Assembly: GCA_043803945.1 (NCBI GenBank)
Contig: JAZDJN010000059.1
Coordinates: 1-58,346 of the forward strand
Length of the DNA: 58,346 nucleotides
Reading direction: 5' to 3'
Source: a bacterium
Lineage (GTDB): Bacteria > Bacteroidota > Ignavibacteria > UBA10030
A program made the translations under genes and the position numbers. Every line of letters starts with the position of its first letter. Position 1 is the stretch's first letter. The notes beneath the pieces were generated by a model. It made no database searches and was not told the DNA's origin. It was given only the letters and a program-made list of their open reading frames with translations. Positions 30,383 through 40,201 of the stretch are shown piece after piece.

Positions 30383-30627
30383 GGCAGGGGTATTCCTTTC
30401 TTATTCATGCTGAACAGTAGCGCTCTTGTTCACGAATTGCCTGTCGAGAAAAAGCTGAAGGGAAGATAGTATCAAAGTACTCTTTATTCAAGAGTCAGGA
30501 ATCGTTAGCAAGAACAATGGCCATGATAATCTATGAGATGGCTCTTGCCCGGAAGTCATTTTGTTTTTGATATTGAATATGGTATTATAGTCCTAAATAA
30601 TAGTGTCTCAATTTCTTAGGAGAATAT

Positions 30628-31026
30628 ATGGAATCTGAACAGAACTATAAAAGAGTATTTCTCGCCGGCAGTTTCTGGAACTGGGGGGTCTCGATTCCCT
30701 TGTTTGCGCTCGTCTGGTATCTTCCGACGATGATCAAAATTGCAGATCCACTTTATCCAATTTTCATCTATTTCAACTTGATGACGGTGAGCATGTTTGG
30801 CTGTGTGCAGTATACTGTCTCAAAGAATCCCCCAGGATTACGGGGATTTGTCAAAATACTTGCCTGGTCGAAGTTTCTCACCTTCTTCATCTTTGTTGGT
30901 GCTGTGGCGATGCTGAAGATGCCCTCCGAACTCACACAATTCCTTGCTGGTGGAATGGTGATTGACCTCTTGTTTGGGATCTTGTTCTGGCGCTATCTGG
31001 TGTTTTCGAAACGAAATATTGCTTAG
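30628..31026 (+). CDS. Hypothetical 4-TM membrane protein
   Basis: AGGAG RBS; four hydrophobic segments. Confidence 0.7.
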   Translation: MESEQNYKRVFLAGSFWNWGVSIPLFALVWYLPTMIKIADPLYPIFIYFNLMTVSMFGCVQYTVSKNPPGLRGFVKILAWSKFLTFFIFVGAVAMLKMPSELTQFLAGGMVIDLLFGILFWRYLVFSKRNIA

Positions 31027-31083
31027 GCAAAACTCTTTCTTCAAAAAGATACTCTTTATTCATGATCGATTGATTTTCTGAAA

Positions 31084-33345
31084 ATGCTCGATATCCAAAA
31101 GATTCTCTCTGCCGAATTAACCATCAATCTTTCACAAGTTCAAAGTGCCCTTCAGCTTCGCGAGGAAGGGGGAACGATCCCGTTTATTGCACGGTACCGG
31201 AAGGAACGGACAGGTGAAATGGACGAGACGCAACTCCGTGCCCTTTTCGATCGTTTAGACTATCTGGAGGAATTGGAGGAACGCAAAGCATCGATTCTGA
31301 AATCGATTGAAGAACAGGGCGAGCTCACCGATGAACTCCGGAGCAAGATTGAATCATGCCTCTTAAAAATGGAACTGGAGGATCTCTATCTTCCTTACAA
31401 GCCGAAGAAGCGCACACGTGCAACAGTTGCCCGGGAGAAGGGGCTTGAACCTTTTGCCGAGTATATCCGCTCGATCAACACTCCTGAAGCTAAAAGGGTA
31501 GATCTCCAGAAAGAAGCTGAACGCTATCTCTCTGAGGAACTCGGCGTGATTACGGTACAAGATGCTTTTGCCGGAGCTTCGGATATTCTAGCGGAAGAAG
31601 TTGCCGAGACAGCCGACTATCGCCAGCATCTCCGGGAATTTCTCCTGAACGAAGGAGTATTCATCTCAACGATCGATGATGAGAAATATCCTCTCGGCAC
31701 TACAAAATATGAAATGTACAGAAGCTACAAGCAGAAGGTAAAAGACATTCAGCCGCATAACATGCTCGCCCTTCGCCGCGGGGAAGAGGAAGAGATTGTA
31801 ATGTTCGGAGTACAATTCGATGAGGCATACTGCGAACAGTATCTCGAAGCGCAAGTGATCAAAACGCGGGATGCGGGCGTAAGGGAGTTTTATCGCGAGA
31901 TGCTGGGGGATGCCTTCAAACGCTTGATGCGAACGACATTGGTTGGGGAAGTTCGTTATGAGAAGAAGCAAGCCGCCGATTGTGAATCAATAAAGACCTT
32001 CGAAGCGAACCTGCGTGAACTTCTCCTTGCCTCACCGGCAGGCATGAAACCCACTCTCGGTGTCGATCCGGGTTTCCGCACAGGATGCAAAATAGCCGTT
32101 ATGGATGCCACAGGTAAGTATATTGCATATCATCCAATCTTTCCGCACACCTCTTCGGAGGCCGAACGGGACAAAGCGAAAAAACTTGTAGTATCATTGA
32201 TAGAGAAACACAAGATCGAGCTGATTGCCATCGGCAATGGAACAGCGAGCCGGGAAACAGATCAGTTTATTGTTGAGATTCTCAATGAGATGAAACGGAA
32301 ACCGGTAAAGGTCGTGGTGAATGAATCAGGGGCTTCGGTCTATTCGGCAAGCGAGGTGGCCATCGATGAATTTCCCGATCTCGATGTGACTATCCGCGGT
32401 GCAATTTCCATTGGCCGGCGGCTCCAGGACCCGCTTGCCGAACTTGTGAAGATTGATCCAAAATCGATTGGTGTAGGCCAATACCAGCACGATGTCGATC
32501 AGAAATTACTGAAGAAGAAACTCGAAGAAACGGTGGAGATCTGTGTGAACTACGTTGGTGTCGATCTGAACATGGCGTCAAAGGAACTTCTCAGCTACGT
32601 GGCAGGTATCAATTCGACGCTGGCAAAAAACGTTGTTGCATACAGGAATGACCATGGGCCGTACGAAAGCAGGCAGGATCTCCTCGATGTTGCGCGATTT
32701 GGCCCCAAGGCATTTGAACAATCGGCAGGCTTTCTTCGAATCCGGAATGCAAAGAATACTCTGGACAATTCCGCAGTACATCCGGAAAGTTATGAAATTG
32801 CAGAATTGATGTTGAAGGATTTGAAACTCTCGTTTGATGAGGCGATGAAGAGTCCGGCCATGCTCGATAGCCTCGATATTAAAAAGTATGTCACAGCTAC
32901 TGTCGGTGAGCCAACCCTCCGCGATATCATCGCCGAACTGAAAAAGCCGGGACGTGATCCTCGGGAAGAATTCCACTATGCGACATTCAAAGAAGGTATT
33001 ACCGCAATTTCCGATTTACGGATTGGAATGGAACTTGAAGGTGTGGTAACGAATGTGGCAAATTTTGGTGCATTTGTCGACATCGGAGTTCATCAGGATG
33101 GATTAGTCCACGTGTCGCAGCTTGCCGATCGCTTTGTTCAGGATCCGAAAACCGTAGTGAAGGTCGGACAGATTGTCAAAGTGCGCGTTCTGGAAGTGAA
33201 CGAACAGTTGAAGCGCATTGCTCTCACAATGAAACTTCAGGCCCCACATACACCGTCGGGTACGAGCAAGAACACCGGCAAGAGTCAGAAGGAACCGACC
33301 TACACGCTGGAAGATTTAAAAGCACGTTTCAATAAGAAGTCATAA
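31084..33345 (+). CDS. tex: Tex-family RNA-binding transcription accessory protein
   Basis: TIPFIARYRKERTG, DPGFRTGCK, GRRLQDPLAELVKIDPKSIGVGQYQHDV, C-terminal S1 domain. Confidence 0.96.
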   Translation: MLDIQKILSAELTINLSQVQSALQLREEGGTIPFIARYRKERTGEMDETQLRALFDRLDYLEELEERKASILKSIEEQGELTDELRSKIESCLLKMELEDLYLPYKPKKRTRATVAREKGLEPFAEYIRSINTPEAKRVDLQKEAERYLSEELGVITVQDAFAGASDILAEEVAETADYRQHLREFLLNEGVFISTIDDEKYPLGTTKYEMYRSYKQKVKDIQPHNMLALRRGEEEEIVMFGVQFDEAYCEQYLEAQVIKTRDAGVREFYREMLGDAFKRLMRTTLVGEVRYEKKQAADCESIKTFEANLRELLLASPAGMKPTLGVDPGFRTGCKIAVMDATGKYIAYHPIFPHTSSEAERDKAKKLVVSLIEKHKIELIAIGNGTASRETDQFIVEILNEMKRKPVKVVVNESGASVYSASEVAIDEFPDLDVTIRGAISIGRRLQDPLAELVKIDPKSIGVGQYQHDVDQKLLKKKLEETVEICVNYVGVDLNMASKELLSYVAGINSTLAKNVVAYRNDHGPYESRQDLLDVARFGPKAFEQSAGFLRIRNAKNTLDNSAVHPESYEIAELMLKDLKLSFDEAMKSPAMLDSLDIKKYVTATVGEPTLRDIIAELKKPGRDPREEFHYATFKEGITAISDLRIGMELEGVVTNVANFGAFVDIGVHQDGLVHVSQLADRFVQDPKTVVKVGQIVKVRVLEVNEQLKRIALTMKLQAPHTPSGTSKNTGKSQKEPTYTLEDLKARFNKKS

Positions 33346-33353
33346 AAAATAAA

Positions 33354-33553
33354 GAGGCTGACAAAAAAAGTACTTCTAGGGTATCACGGTCCCTGCCCGA
33401 CATTGTAGATCTAAAAGGGCAGGCGGGCATACCGTGACACACAAAATTTTGATGTTTTCCATATTTTGCGTCACGAAGTCCTGCCCGCCTCATTTGAATC
33501 TAATGCAGCAGGCGGGGGTTCGTGACGCCCGAGTGTTTTTTTTGGACGACCTC
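33354..33553. mobile_element. Complete 200-bp IS1182-like MITE, copy 2
   Basis: Imperfect terminal inverted repeats GAGGCTGACAAAAAA / TTTTTTGGACGACCTC enclosing two hairpins; between convergent tex and helicase genes. Confidence 0.78.
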
Positions 33554-33595
33554 CACACCGGGTCAAGTGAACAATCCCATTATTTGGGAACAACA

Positions 33596-35143
33596 CTACG
33601 ACGCTGATCTTCTTCTTGGAGGCCGTCGGCGTGGATGGAATGGTTTTCGTTCGCGTTTTTCGGATGCAGGCCGCGGCGGGAGTTCAGGTATCGGCTCCAG
33701 TAAATGCGCTTCCGGGTAGATGCACTTTATTTTCTTCCCTAGAAATTCTTCCAGTGCTCCAAGTTCGTAGGAATCATCCTCATCGGCGAAGTTGATAGAA
33801 ATGCCGCTCGCTCCTGCCCTTCCGGTGCGCCCGATGCGGTGCACATATTCCTCTTTATCACGCGGCATATTGTAATTAATGACATGCGAGATCGCCTCGA
33901 TGTGAAGCCCTCGTGAGGCGACATCAGTCGCAACGAGAACACGAATCTTCCCCGACCGGAACTGTTCCAGCCGATGGATGCGCTGTTTTTGCTCCACATC
34001 GCCGGAGAGGAGTGCACAACTGATGCCGTACGTTTCGAGTTTCTCCTTCAGAAGCCGCGCTTCGGAACGACGGTTGACAAACATCAACACCCGCTCGAGG
34101 TGCTTTTGCATGATGAGGTTGTAGAGGAGAGCAGGTTTTTCTTCGCTCGTGGTGATGTAGGTGATCTGATCGATACTCTGGACGGCTACTTCACCAGGCA
34201 TGATTCTGACTTCGAATGCTTCCCGGGTCCATGATTCCGCGAGGCGTTGAACCTCCGGAGTGATGGTGGCAGAAAAGAACATGGTCTGACGTTTTGCCTT
34301 CGGGGGTGTGCTTTGTACGATTGACCGCACCGCCGGAATAAATCCCATATCGAGCATACGGTCGGCTTCGTCAAGGATAAGTATTTCAACCTTGCTGAGG
34401 TGCACCAACCTCTTTTTCTGAAAATCCATGAGGCGGCCCGGAGTGCAGATGAGGATCTCACAGGGTTCGTTCTGAAGTACTCTTTGCTGCTTCACATAAT
34501 CCATACCACCGAAGAGGGCAAGCACGGTGCATGGGATGTATTTCCCCAGATCGCGTGCGTCTTTTTCAATCTGCATGACCAATTCGCGTGTTGGAGCAAG
34601 AATGAGGGCGCGTGGCGTACCAGTTCTCCTTGGTTCATCAAGCGGCTGCTTTAGCATATGTGAGAAAATTGTGATGAGAAACGCTGCAGTTTTTCCTGTA
34701 CCGGTCTGCGCCTGCGCCGCAACATCTCCGCCGGCGAGCGAGCGCACCAGTGTCTCTGCCTGAACGGGCGTGCAGTATCGAAATTTCAAATCGTAAATGG
34801 CACGCATCACTTCATCTGGAAGCTCAAAATCATGAAAGCGTGTCTTCTCTGCGACGGCGGGAACCTGAAACACGGATCTGCTCCACGTTTCCTTTTGTTT
34901 CACCTCGACAGGAGGTGTCGGGTGTGGTTGGCGTTTTTCCCGACGAGCCCGATATTCTTCAGGGGTCTCTTTTTTCCGATGTTCACGCGGATGATGTCTA
35001 TCCCCTGATGGTTTATGATGGACTCTGTTCCGCTGGCTGTGCGATGTGCGGGATTCGAATGATGATGGAGTAACTGGCTTTGAAGCGGGTTCTGCTTTTT
35101 TGCCGAAGATGGTTTTTATCCTGGAGACGAGTTTTTTTAACAA
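33596..35143 (-). CDS. rhlB: DEAD-box RNA helicase, RhlB-like
   Basis: AQTGTGKT, PTREL, TPGRL, DEAD, SAT, HRIGRTGR; N-terminal KTRFHDF; TTG start. Confidence 0.85.
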   Translation of the reverse strand: MLKKLVSRIKTIFGKKAEPASKPVTPSSFESRTSHSQRNRVHHKPSGDRHHPREHRKKETPEEYRARREKRQPHPTPPVEVKQKETWSRSVFQVPAVAEKTRFHDFELPDEVMRAIYDLKFRYCTPVQAETLVRSLAGGDVAAQAQTGTGKTAAFLITIFSHMLKQPLDEPRRTGTPRALILAPTRELVMQIEKDARDLGKYIPCTVLALFGGMDYVKQQRVLQNEPCEILICTPGRLMDFQKKRLVHLSKVEILILDEADRMLDMGFIPAVRSIVQSTPPKAKRQTMFFSATITPEVQRLAESWTREAFEVRIMPGEVAVQSIDQITYITTSEEKPALLYNLIMQKHLERVLMFVNRRSEARLLKEKLETYGISCALLSGDVEQKQRIHRLEQFRSGKIRVLVATDVASRGLHIEAISHVINYNMPRDKEEYVHRIGRTGRAGASGISINFADEDDSYELGALEEFLGKKIKCIYPEAHLLEPIPELPPRPASEKRERKPFHPRRRPPRRRSAS

Positions 35144-35224
35144 GGGTACATTGCTCGTTAGTGATATGGTTCTATGAATTCCTTTTCAATATACAAAGTA
35201 GATAAAGAAAATGCTATTGCGCCA

Positions 35225-36613
35225 TTATTCTGATTCTCCTGGTTTTGAGAGCTTTATTTTGTACTGCTTCATCTTCGAAAAGAGTAAACGGCGGTGAATA
35301 TCGAGAATCTCGGCAGCCTTTGTCCTGTTCCAGTCGGCTTGTTCGAGAGCACGGAGGATGAGGCGCTTTTCCACATCTTCAATCGTCTTCTTGAAGGGTA
35401 TCTCCTCCTGAGTGAGGAGCTCTTTTGGCAGAATGTCCTTACCGGCACGAATACTCATAGGAAGATGCTCAAGCGTAATAATGCCGCTGTTGGAAAAGAC
35501 AATTGCATGTTGGATGACATTCTCAAGTTCTCTGATGTTTCCGGGCCAGCCATAGGCCTGGAATTTTTCAATCACAGGAAGCGATACAGCCAGAATTTTT
35601 CCTTCACCATGCTTTTGCAGGAAATGATCAATGAGGTAGGGTAAATCGCTGAGCCGGTCCCGTAATGATGGGACTTTCAGGTGAATGACATTCAAACGAT
35701 AGAGCAGATCATCGCGAAACCTTCCTGACTTGATCTCTCTATTCAGGTCCTTATTAGAAGCCGCAAGAATTCGGACATCGACTGTCAACGTTTCTTTTCC
35801 CCCTACGCGCTCAAATGTTTTTTGCTGCAGCACACGCAGCAGCTTCATCTGCAGGGTGAGGGGCATATTATTGATTTCGTCAAGGAAGAGTGTCCCCCCG
35901 TTCGCAAGTTCAAATCGCCCCTGGCGTTGGGCAATGGCTCCTGTGAAGGAGCCTTTCTCATGACCAAAGATCTCACTCTCCAGTAATGTTTCCGGCAGCG
36001 CCCCGCAATTAATTTTTATGAAGGGCCTGTCCCGCCTCAGCGAATGGCGCTGGATGGCATCTGCAATGAGTTCTTTCCCGGTTCCGCTTTCACCTTCGAT
36101 GAGCACCGGCGTGTCGGTCTGAGAAACCTTGCCGATGGTTTTATAAATCTCCTGCATCGCCGGGCTAGTCCCAACAATCAAATCCTGCTCAATCTTGGCT
36201 TTTTGTCCAGAGACTCGTGCGCGAAGATCGCGCACCTCGTTGAGCAAGTCGTTATGGGTAATTGCCCGCCGAATGATTAAAAGGAGTTCATCGAGGTCGA
36301 ATGGTTTTTCAAGATAATCGAATGCACCAATCTTCATTGCCCGGATCGCACGTTCGCTTGTGCCGTAGGCCGTGAACACAATGACACTGGTTTCCGGAAC
36401 CTGTTTCTTCACTTCTTGAAGCACCGAAAAACCATCGAGAACTGGGAGATTAATATCAAGGAGAAGTACAGGCGGGTGCTGGTTCTGAACCGTTGCGAGA
36501 GCATCCGGGCCGTTGACGGCAAGAAGCACCTCAAATCCCTCCTCCGTTAATACGTCGAAGAGATTTTTCCGCATTATCGGATCGTCGTCAGCGATGAGAA
36601 TAGTATTATTCAT
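35225..36613 (-). CDS. sigma54-dependent response regulator (NtrC/AtoC family)
   Basis: Receiver (ADDD, LLDINLP), GESGTGKE, ESEIFGHEKGSFTGA, WPGNIREL, Fis-type HTH. Confidence 0.95.
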   Translation of the reverse strand: MNNTILIADDDPIMRKNLFDVLTEEGFEVLLAVNGPDALATVQNQHPPVLLLDINLPVLDGFSVLQEVKKQVPETSVIVFTAYGTSERAIRAMKIGAFDYLEKPFDLDELLLIIRRAITHNDLLNEVRDLRARVSGQKAKIEQDLIVGTSPAMQEIYKTIGKVSQTDTPVLIEGESGTGKELIADAIQRHSLRRDRPFIKINCGALPETLLESEIFGHEKGSFTGAIAQRQGRFELANGGTLFLDEINNMPLTLQMKLLRVLQQKTFERVGGKETLTVDVRILAASNKDLNREIKSGRFRDDLLYRLNVIHLKVPSLRDRLSDLPYLIDHFLQKHGEGKILAVSLPVIEKFQAYGWPGNIRELENVIQHAIVFSNSGIITLEHLPMSIRAGKDILPKELLTQEEIPFKKTIEDVEKRLILRALEQADWNRTKAAEILDIHRRLLFSKMKQYKIKLSKPGESE

Positions 36614-38165
36614 TGGTCGTTATGTTCTGATTCAGTGGATGGAGAGGCAGTGTGATCTGACATATTGTGCCTTCTCCATTATGTTGTAAAAACTCCAGAG
36701 TGCCTCCATGGGAGCGAATAATTTCGTAGGAGATGCTTAAACCAAGTCCGGCCCCATGCTCCTTGGTTGTAAAAAATGGTTCAAAGATTTTTTCCTTTTT
36801 ATCAACAGAAATTCCGCTGCCGGTATCCTGGATCACGACATGGACGGAGTCTGTTGCAGGGTGGAACTCTGATCGCATCGTAATTTGGCCTCCGGCCGGA
36901 GTCGCTTCGAATGCATTGGTGCAGATGTTGAGAATGACCTGCTCGATAGCGGTTGGATCGAGATACGGCTGCGGAAGGTCAGCGGTAAGGTGTGCTTCCA
37001 GGGTCACCAGTTTATTTTCTGCATCAGGTTGGATGAGAGCGAGTACTTGTTCGATAATGCGGTTCACATCGGATGGTTGTTTCCGCTGGGCCACCGGCCG
37101 CGAGAAAACCAGCAATCGTTTTACCAGATCGGAGAGGCGGTTAATTTCATCGAGAACAAGCCTTAGTGAAGGCTCGGTGATTGTGGTGGATGGTTCTTCC
37201 GAGGGTGAATCCTTCTGAAGTTTACGCTGCCACATCTGCATGCGGGTTTTGATATTCGCAAGCGGAGTTTTTACCTCGTGTGCAACGCGTGCAACGAGTT
37301 TTCCAAGTCCGGCAAGTTTTGCTCGCTGCTGTAACTCTCGTTCCAGTTCCTCCCGTTCGCGCTGGTCCCGGGCGAGTGCATCAACCATCTTATTGATTGA
37401 TCGGGTGATCGTACCGAACACACCCCGCTTTGACTGGAATCGAAATGAAGGATTTTCCTCAAGCTGCTCTAGTCCCAGGCGGATTTCCTCAACGCGTTTC
37501 CGCAGGCTCCAGGAGACGAAGATCGCGATGGCAAACGCCAGAAGAGAGAAGAGGGCAGCAAATGCAAAAATATTGCTCAGGTTGTGAATCGGCAGCGAGC
37601 GTTCGATATGTGTCCGGGCCCATGCGGCGCCAACAATCTCGCCATCGACCTGGAGTGGTATTGTTGTCAACGGAAAAATCGCAGGGTCAAATTGATGAAG
37701 CCGTGTGATCTGTTTTTCATCGAGCACAGTCTCAAGAATTTGATCCTTGATAATCTGGTATGAACGGGGGGGAGGACCAAATGCTGGTTTTGGTGCAGGT
37801 GACGTTGGATAGGCGTATCCCAGAAAGTCTCCAACACCCGTAAAATAGTAGCCTCCCTCTGCACCTTCAAAAAATGAAAGTTCTGAGGAGGTGATTGCTG
37901 TGAGAATTGAATCAACCCGTTTCTCTTCTATTCGTGTCAGCTCCGAGCGGTTAAAAAAATCCGATTTCTTCAATGACCGGAGAAGATTCTCAATATCCCG
38001 AACGAGCTGGTGGGCCGCCGCCTGTGTCAGTTGTTCATTGCTCTGAATGATCTGCTGAGTCGACTGTTCAAATGTGGAGATAATATAAAGCGTCGTTGCG
38101 CCGATGAGGATGACGAAGAGGGTGGCGATTCCGAGTGCCTTTGTGCGCAGATTGAGCCTTTGCAT
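36606..38165 (-). CDS. Membrane sensor histidine kinase
   Basis: Two TMs flanking a periplasmic domain; H-box VAHEVKTPL; NAFEA, DTGSGI, PFFTTK, GAGLGL. Confidence 0.95.
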   Translation of the reverse strand: MQRLNLRTKALGIATLFVILIGATTLYIISTFEQSTQQIIQSNEQLTQAAAHQLVRDIENLLRSLKKSDFFNRSELTRIEEKRVDSILTAITSSELSFFEGAEGGYYFTGVGDFLGYAYPTSPAPKPAFGPPPRSYQIIKDQILETVLDEKQITRLHQFDPAIFPLTTIPLQVDGEIVGAAWARTHIERSLPIHNLSNIFAFAALFSLLAFAIAIFVSWSLRKRVEEIRLGLEQLEENPSFRFQSKRGVFGTITRSINKMVDALARDQREREELERELQQRAKLAGLGKLVARVAHEVKTPLANIKTRMQMWQRKLQKDSPSEEPSTTITEPSLRLVLDEINRLSDLVKRLLVFSRPVAQRKQPSDVNRIIEQVLALIQPDAENKLVTLEAHLTADLPQPYLDPTAIEQVILNICTNAFEATPAGGQITMRSEFHPATDSVHVVIQDTGSGISVDKKEKIFEPFFTTKEHGAGLGLSISYEIIRSHGGTLEFLQHNGEGTICQITLPLHPLNQNITTNE

Positions 38166-38208
38166 AGAGCATAATAGAGAGATTTATGCTAAGTTTCAAA
38201 ATCCAAAT

Positions 38209-38263
38209 AATGCTCTCACTTGTAAATGCAGCTATGTTGCCGGGATTTGTTTGTGAGAGCATT
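38209..38263. promoter_or_regulatory. Candidate activator (UAS) site
   Basis: Perfect 11-bp inverted repeat AATGCTCTCAC (38209-38219) / GTGAGAGCATT (38253-38263) in the divergent intergenic region. Confidence 0.45.
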
Positions 38264-38363
38264 TACTATGATGTACTCTTTTCGCCCATCGCGTTCAGGG
38301 CGAAAGTAGCCCATCGACGATACTACAATTGGTTTTTGAACCGGATTGGGTGCTATTGATTGA

Positions 38364-38378
38364 TGGTACATTTCTTGA
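38364..38378 (+). promoter_or_regulatory. Candidate sigma54 -24/-12 promoter
   Basis: TGGTAC-ATTTC-TTGA versus consensus TGGCAC-N5-TTGC; points into the 38.4-55.7 kb cluster. Confidence 0.45.
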
Positions 38379-38514
38379 GCAATTCTATGTTTGGAGTGTG
38401 CCTCATTGTTTCCTTTCATCCTCTATGAGGAACGGAAGTCGAAACGCTATTCAAGCGAAAAAACACATCAACGTCTGACGGTCCTGCATTGTGGTGAGAA
38501 TTCTTGCGCTGTGT

Positions 38515-38927
38515 CTCAATCTGGAATTGAACTTGGATATCTCCTCGTAAACAATCAATTGATGCTGAATGATTCGGATCTCGACGGTGCGGCGAATTAT
38601 CGTTCAACAAGTCTTGCCGCTATTATCCATGGGGAGAAATCTTCACTGGCTCAGTGGATCAGAGGGAAGCGGAGCTTTGGATCTCTCTTAGAGAAGTACG
38701 GCTATTCAACTGTCCCGAGCCCAGCGCATCCGAATCCGGAAGGGGAGACGTACTTCAGCGGTGGATACAATCTGGAGCAGCATAGTGCATTTTCCGGCAA
38801 AGTCATCACCGGCATTCAGGTAGAGCTGCCAACCGGATTGCGTGAGGATGACAACAAACGGAAAAAGTTTGCACAAGCATTTGTGGACTCGATTCTTGAG
38901 TATTTAAAGTATCTTGGATTGGGATGA
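38515..38927 (+). pseudogene. 5'-truncated Zn-amidohydrolase (N-formylglutamate amidohydrolase-like), paralog of the 53776 N-domain
   Basis: IELGYLL..RG..SFGSLLE..GY..VPS..YFSGGYN..H..GIQVE..LREDDNKRKKFA aligns with the 53776 protein, but the APHGG and DLHGH motifs are missing. Confidence 0.7.
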
Positions 38928-39049
38928 TGAAGAGAGCACCAATGGAATATGTTGAAACGGGACTCTTATCTTTTCGCATGCCTGGATAAGGGAAATTTAA
39001 GGGATTAATCGTTATAGTCTTTCACTCTCATAATAATGGAGGTACATCC

Positions 39050-40093
39050 ATGAAAAACCTTACTATTGTTATCCTTCTTGCTCTGCTGAGTTCAGCAGCG
39101 TGGACACAAGTGAAACTGCCGCATTATGAAGGCTTTAATTATCCAACTGCATCGCCCCTGGGAGGGCAAGGGGGCTGGGTTTTCAACAACTCCGGAGATT
39201 CCATCTTTGTCTCAGCCGGAAATCTCAGTTATTCAGGCTTCCCTGCTTCATCCGGCAATATGATTAAGTTTGATGGGGCTGGAATGGATCCGACAAAGCG
39301 ATTTGATTCAACAGCAACAGGGTCTGTCTATTTTTCATTCCTGGTGAAAGTAACAAGTCTTGGATCACTCAATGCGACCGGCGGATATTTTGCAGGCTTC
39401 TACAATACTGTCACAGGTACCACAACAGGAGTTCCGGTATGGACAAGACTTGATGGCGACAGCTTTGACTTCGGCATCAGTACGCGAATTACAACACCGG
39501 TTTCATGGTCCTCCCTACAATCTTTGAACACCACGTATCTCATCGTTGCCGCGTACACATTTGTCGAAGGAAGTACAAACGATTCTGCGAAGTTATGGAT
39601 CAATCCACCCGCTTCCACATTTGGCAAAACAGAACCCGCTCCCACATTAGCAGCAGTCAATACGACAACCGATTTGGCAAGTGTTATGCGATTTATGATC
39701 AGACAGGATGCTGCAACCTTGACACCTTTTATTGAGATGGATGAGCTCAGAATTGGCACGAAATGGGCAGAGGTGACGTCGGCGATCGCAGCAACGCATG
39801 TCGCTGAGAACGACGGGCGCATGGCCCCGGGCGAATTTCGTCTAGACCAGAATTATCCAAACCCCTTTAACCCTTCAACAACGATCCGATTTGCGATTGA
39901 AGCAACAAGTAATGTTTCAGTCGCGATTTCCGATATGCTCGGCAGGGAAATAACAACACTGGTCAATGAGACCCTTACTCCAGGCGCGTACTCCATAAAA
40001 TGGGATGCTCTCTCTTGCCCAAGCGGTGTCTATTTCTATACTGTGCGATCAGGCAACGCGTCTGCAACCAGGCGCATGCTACTGATGAAATAA
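39050..40093 (+). CDS. T9SS-secreted protein (347 aa) with a jelly-roll-like domain
   Basis: GGAGG RBS, signal peptide, DELRIGTKWAEV, type-A CTD. Confidence 0.88.
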   Translation: MKNLTIVILLALLSSAAWTQVKLPHYEGFNYPTASPLGGQGGWVFNNSGDSIFVSAGNLSYSGFPASSGNMIKFDGAGMDPTKRFDSTATGSVYFSFLVKVTSLGSLNATGGYFAGFYNTVTGTTTGVPVWTRLDGDSFDFGISTRITTPVSWSSLQSLNTTYLIVAAYTFVEGSTNDSAKLWINPPASTFGKTEPAPTLAAVNTTTDLASVMRFMIRQDAATLTPFIEMDELRIGTKWAEVTSAIAATHVAENDGRMAPGEFRLDQNYPNPFNPSTTIRFAIEATSNVSVAISDMLGREITTLVNETLTPGAYSIKWDALSCPSGVYFYTVRSGNASATRRMLLMK

Positions 40094-40115
40094 CTTGAAG
40101 AGTATTCACGTTCCG

Positions 40116-40161
40116 CTGGCTGTTCGTTGATCCCTCCAGAATAGCGACAACGAACAGCCGG
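40116..40161 (+). terminator. Strong intergenic stem-loop (terminator or mRNA stabiliser)
   Basis: CTGGCTGTTCGTTG..CAACGAACAGCCGG, then TTCTCCTTTTTT. Confidence 0.55.
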
Positions 40162-40201
40162 TGAGTTCTCCTTTTTTCCACAACACTTGTAGGAAGGTCG
40201 C

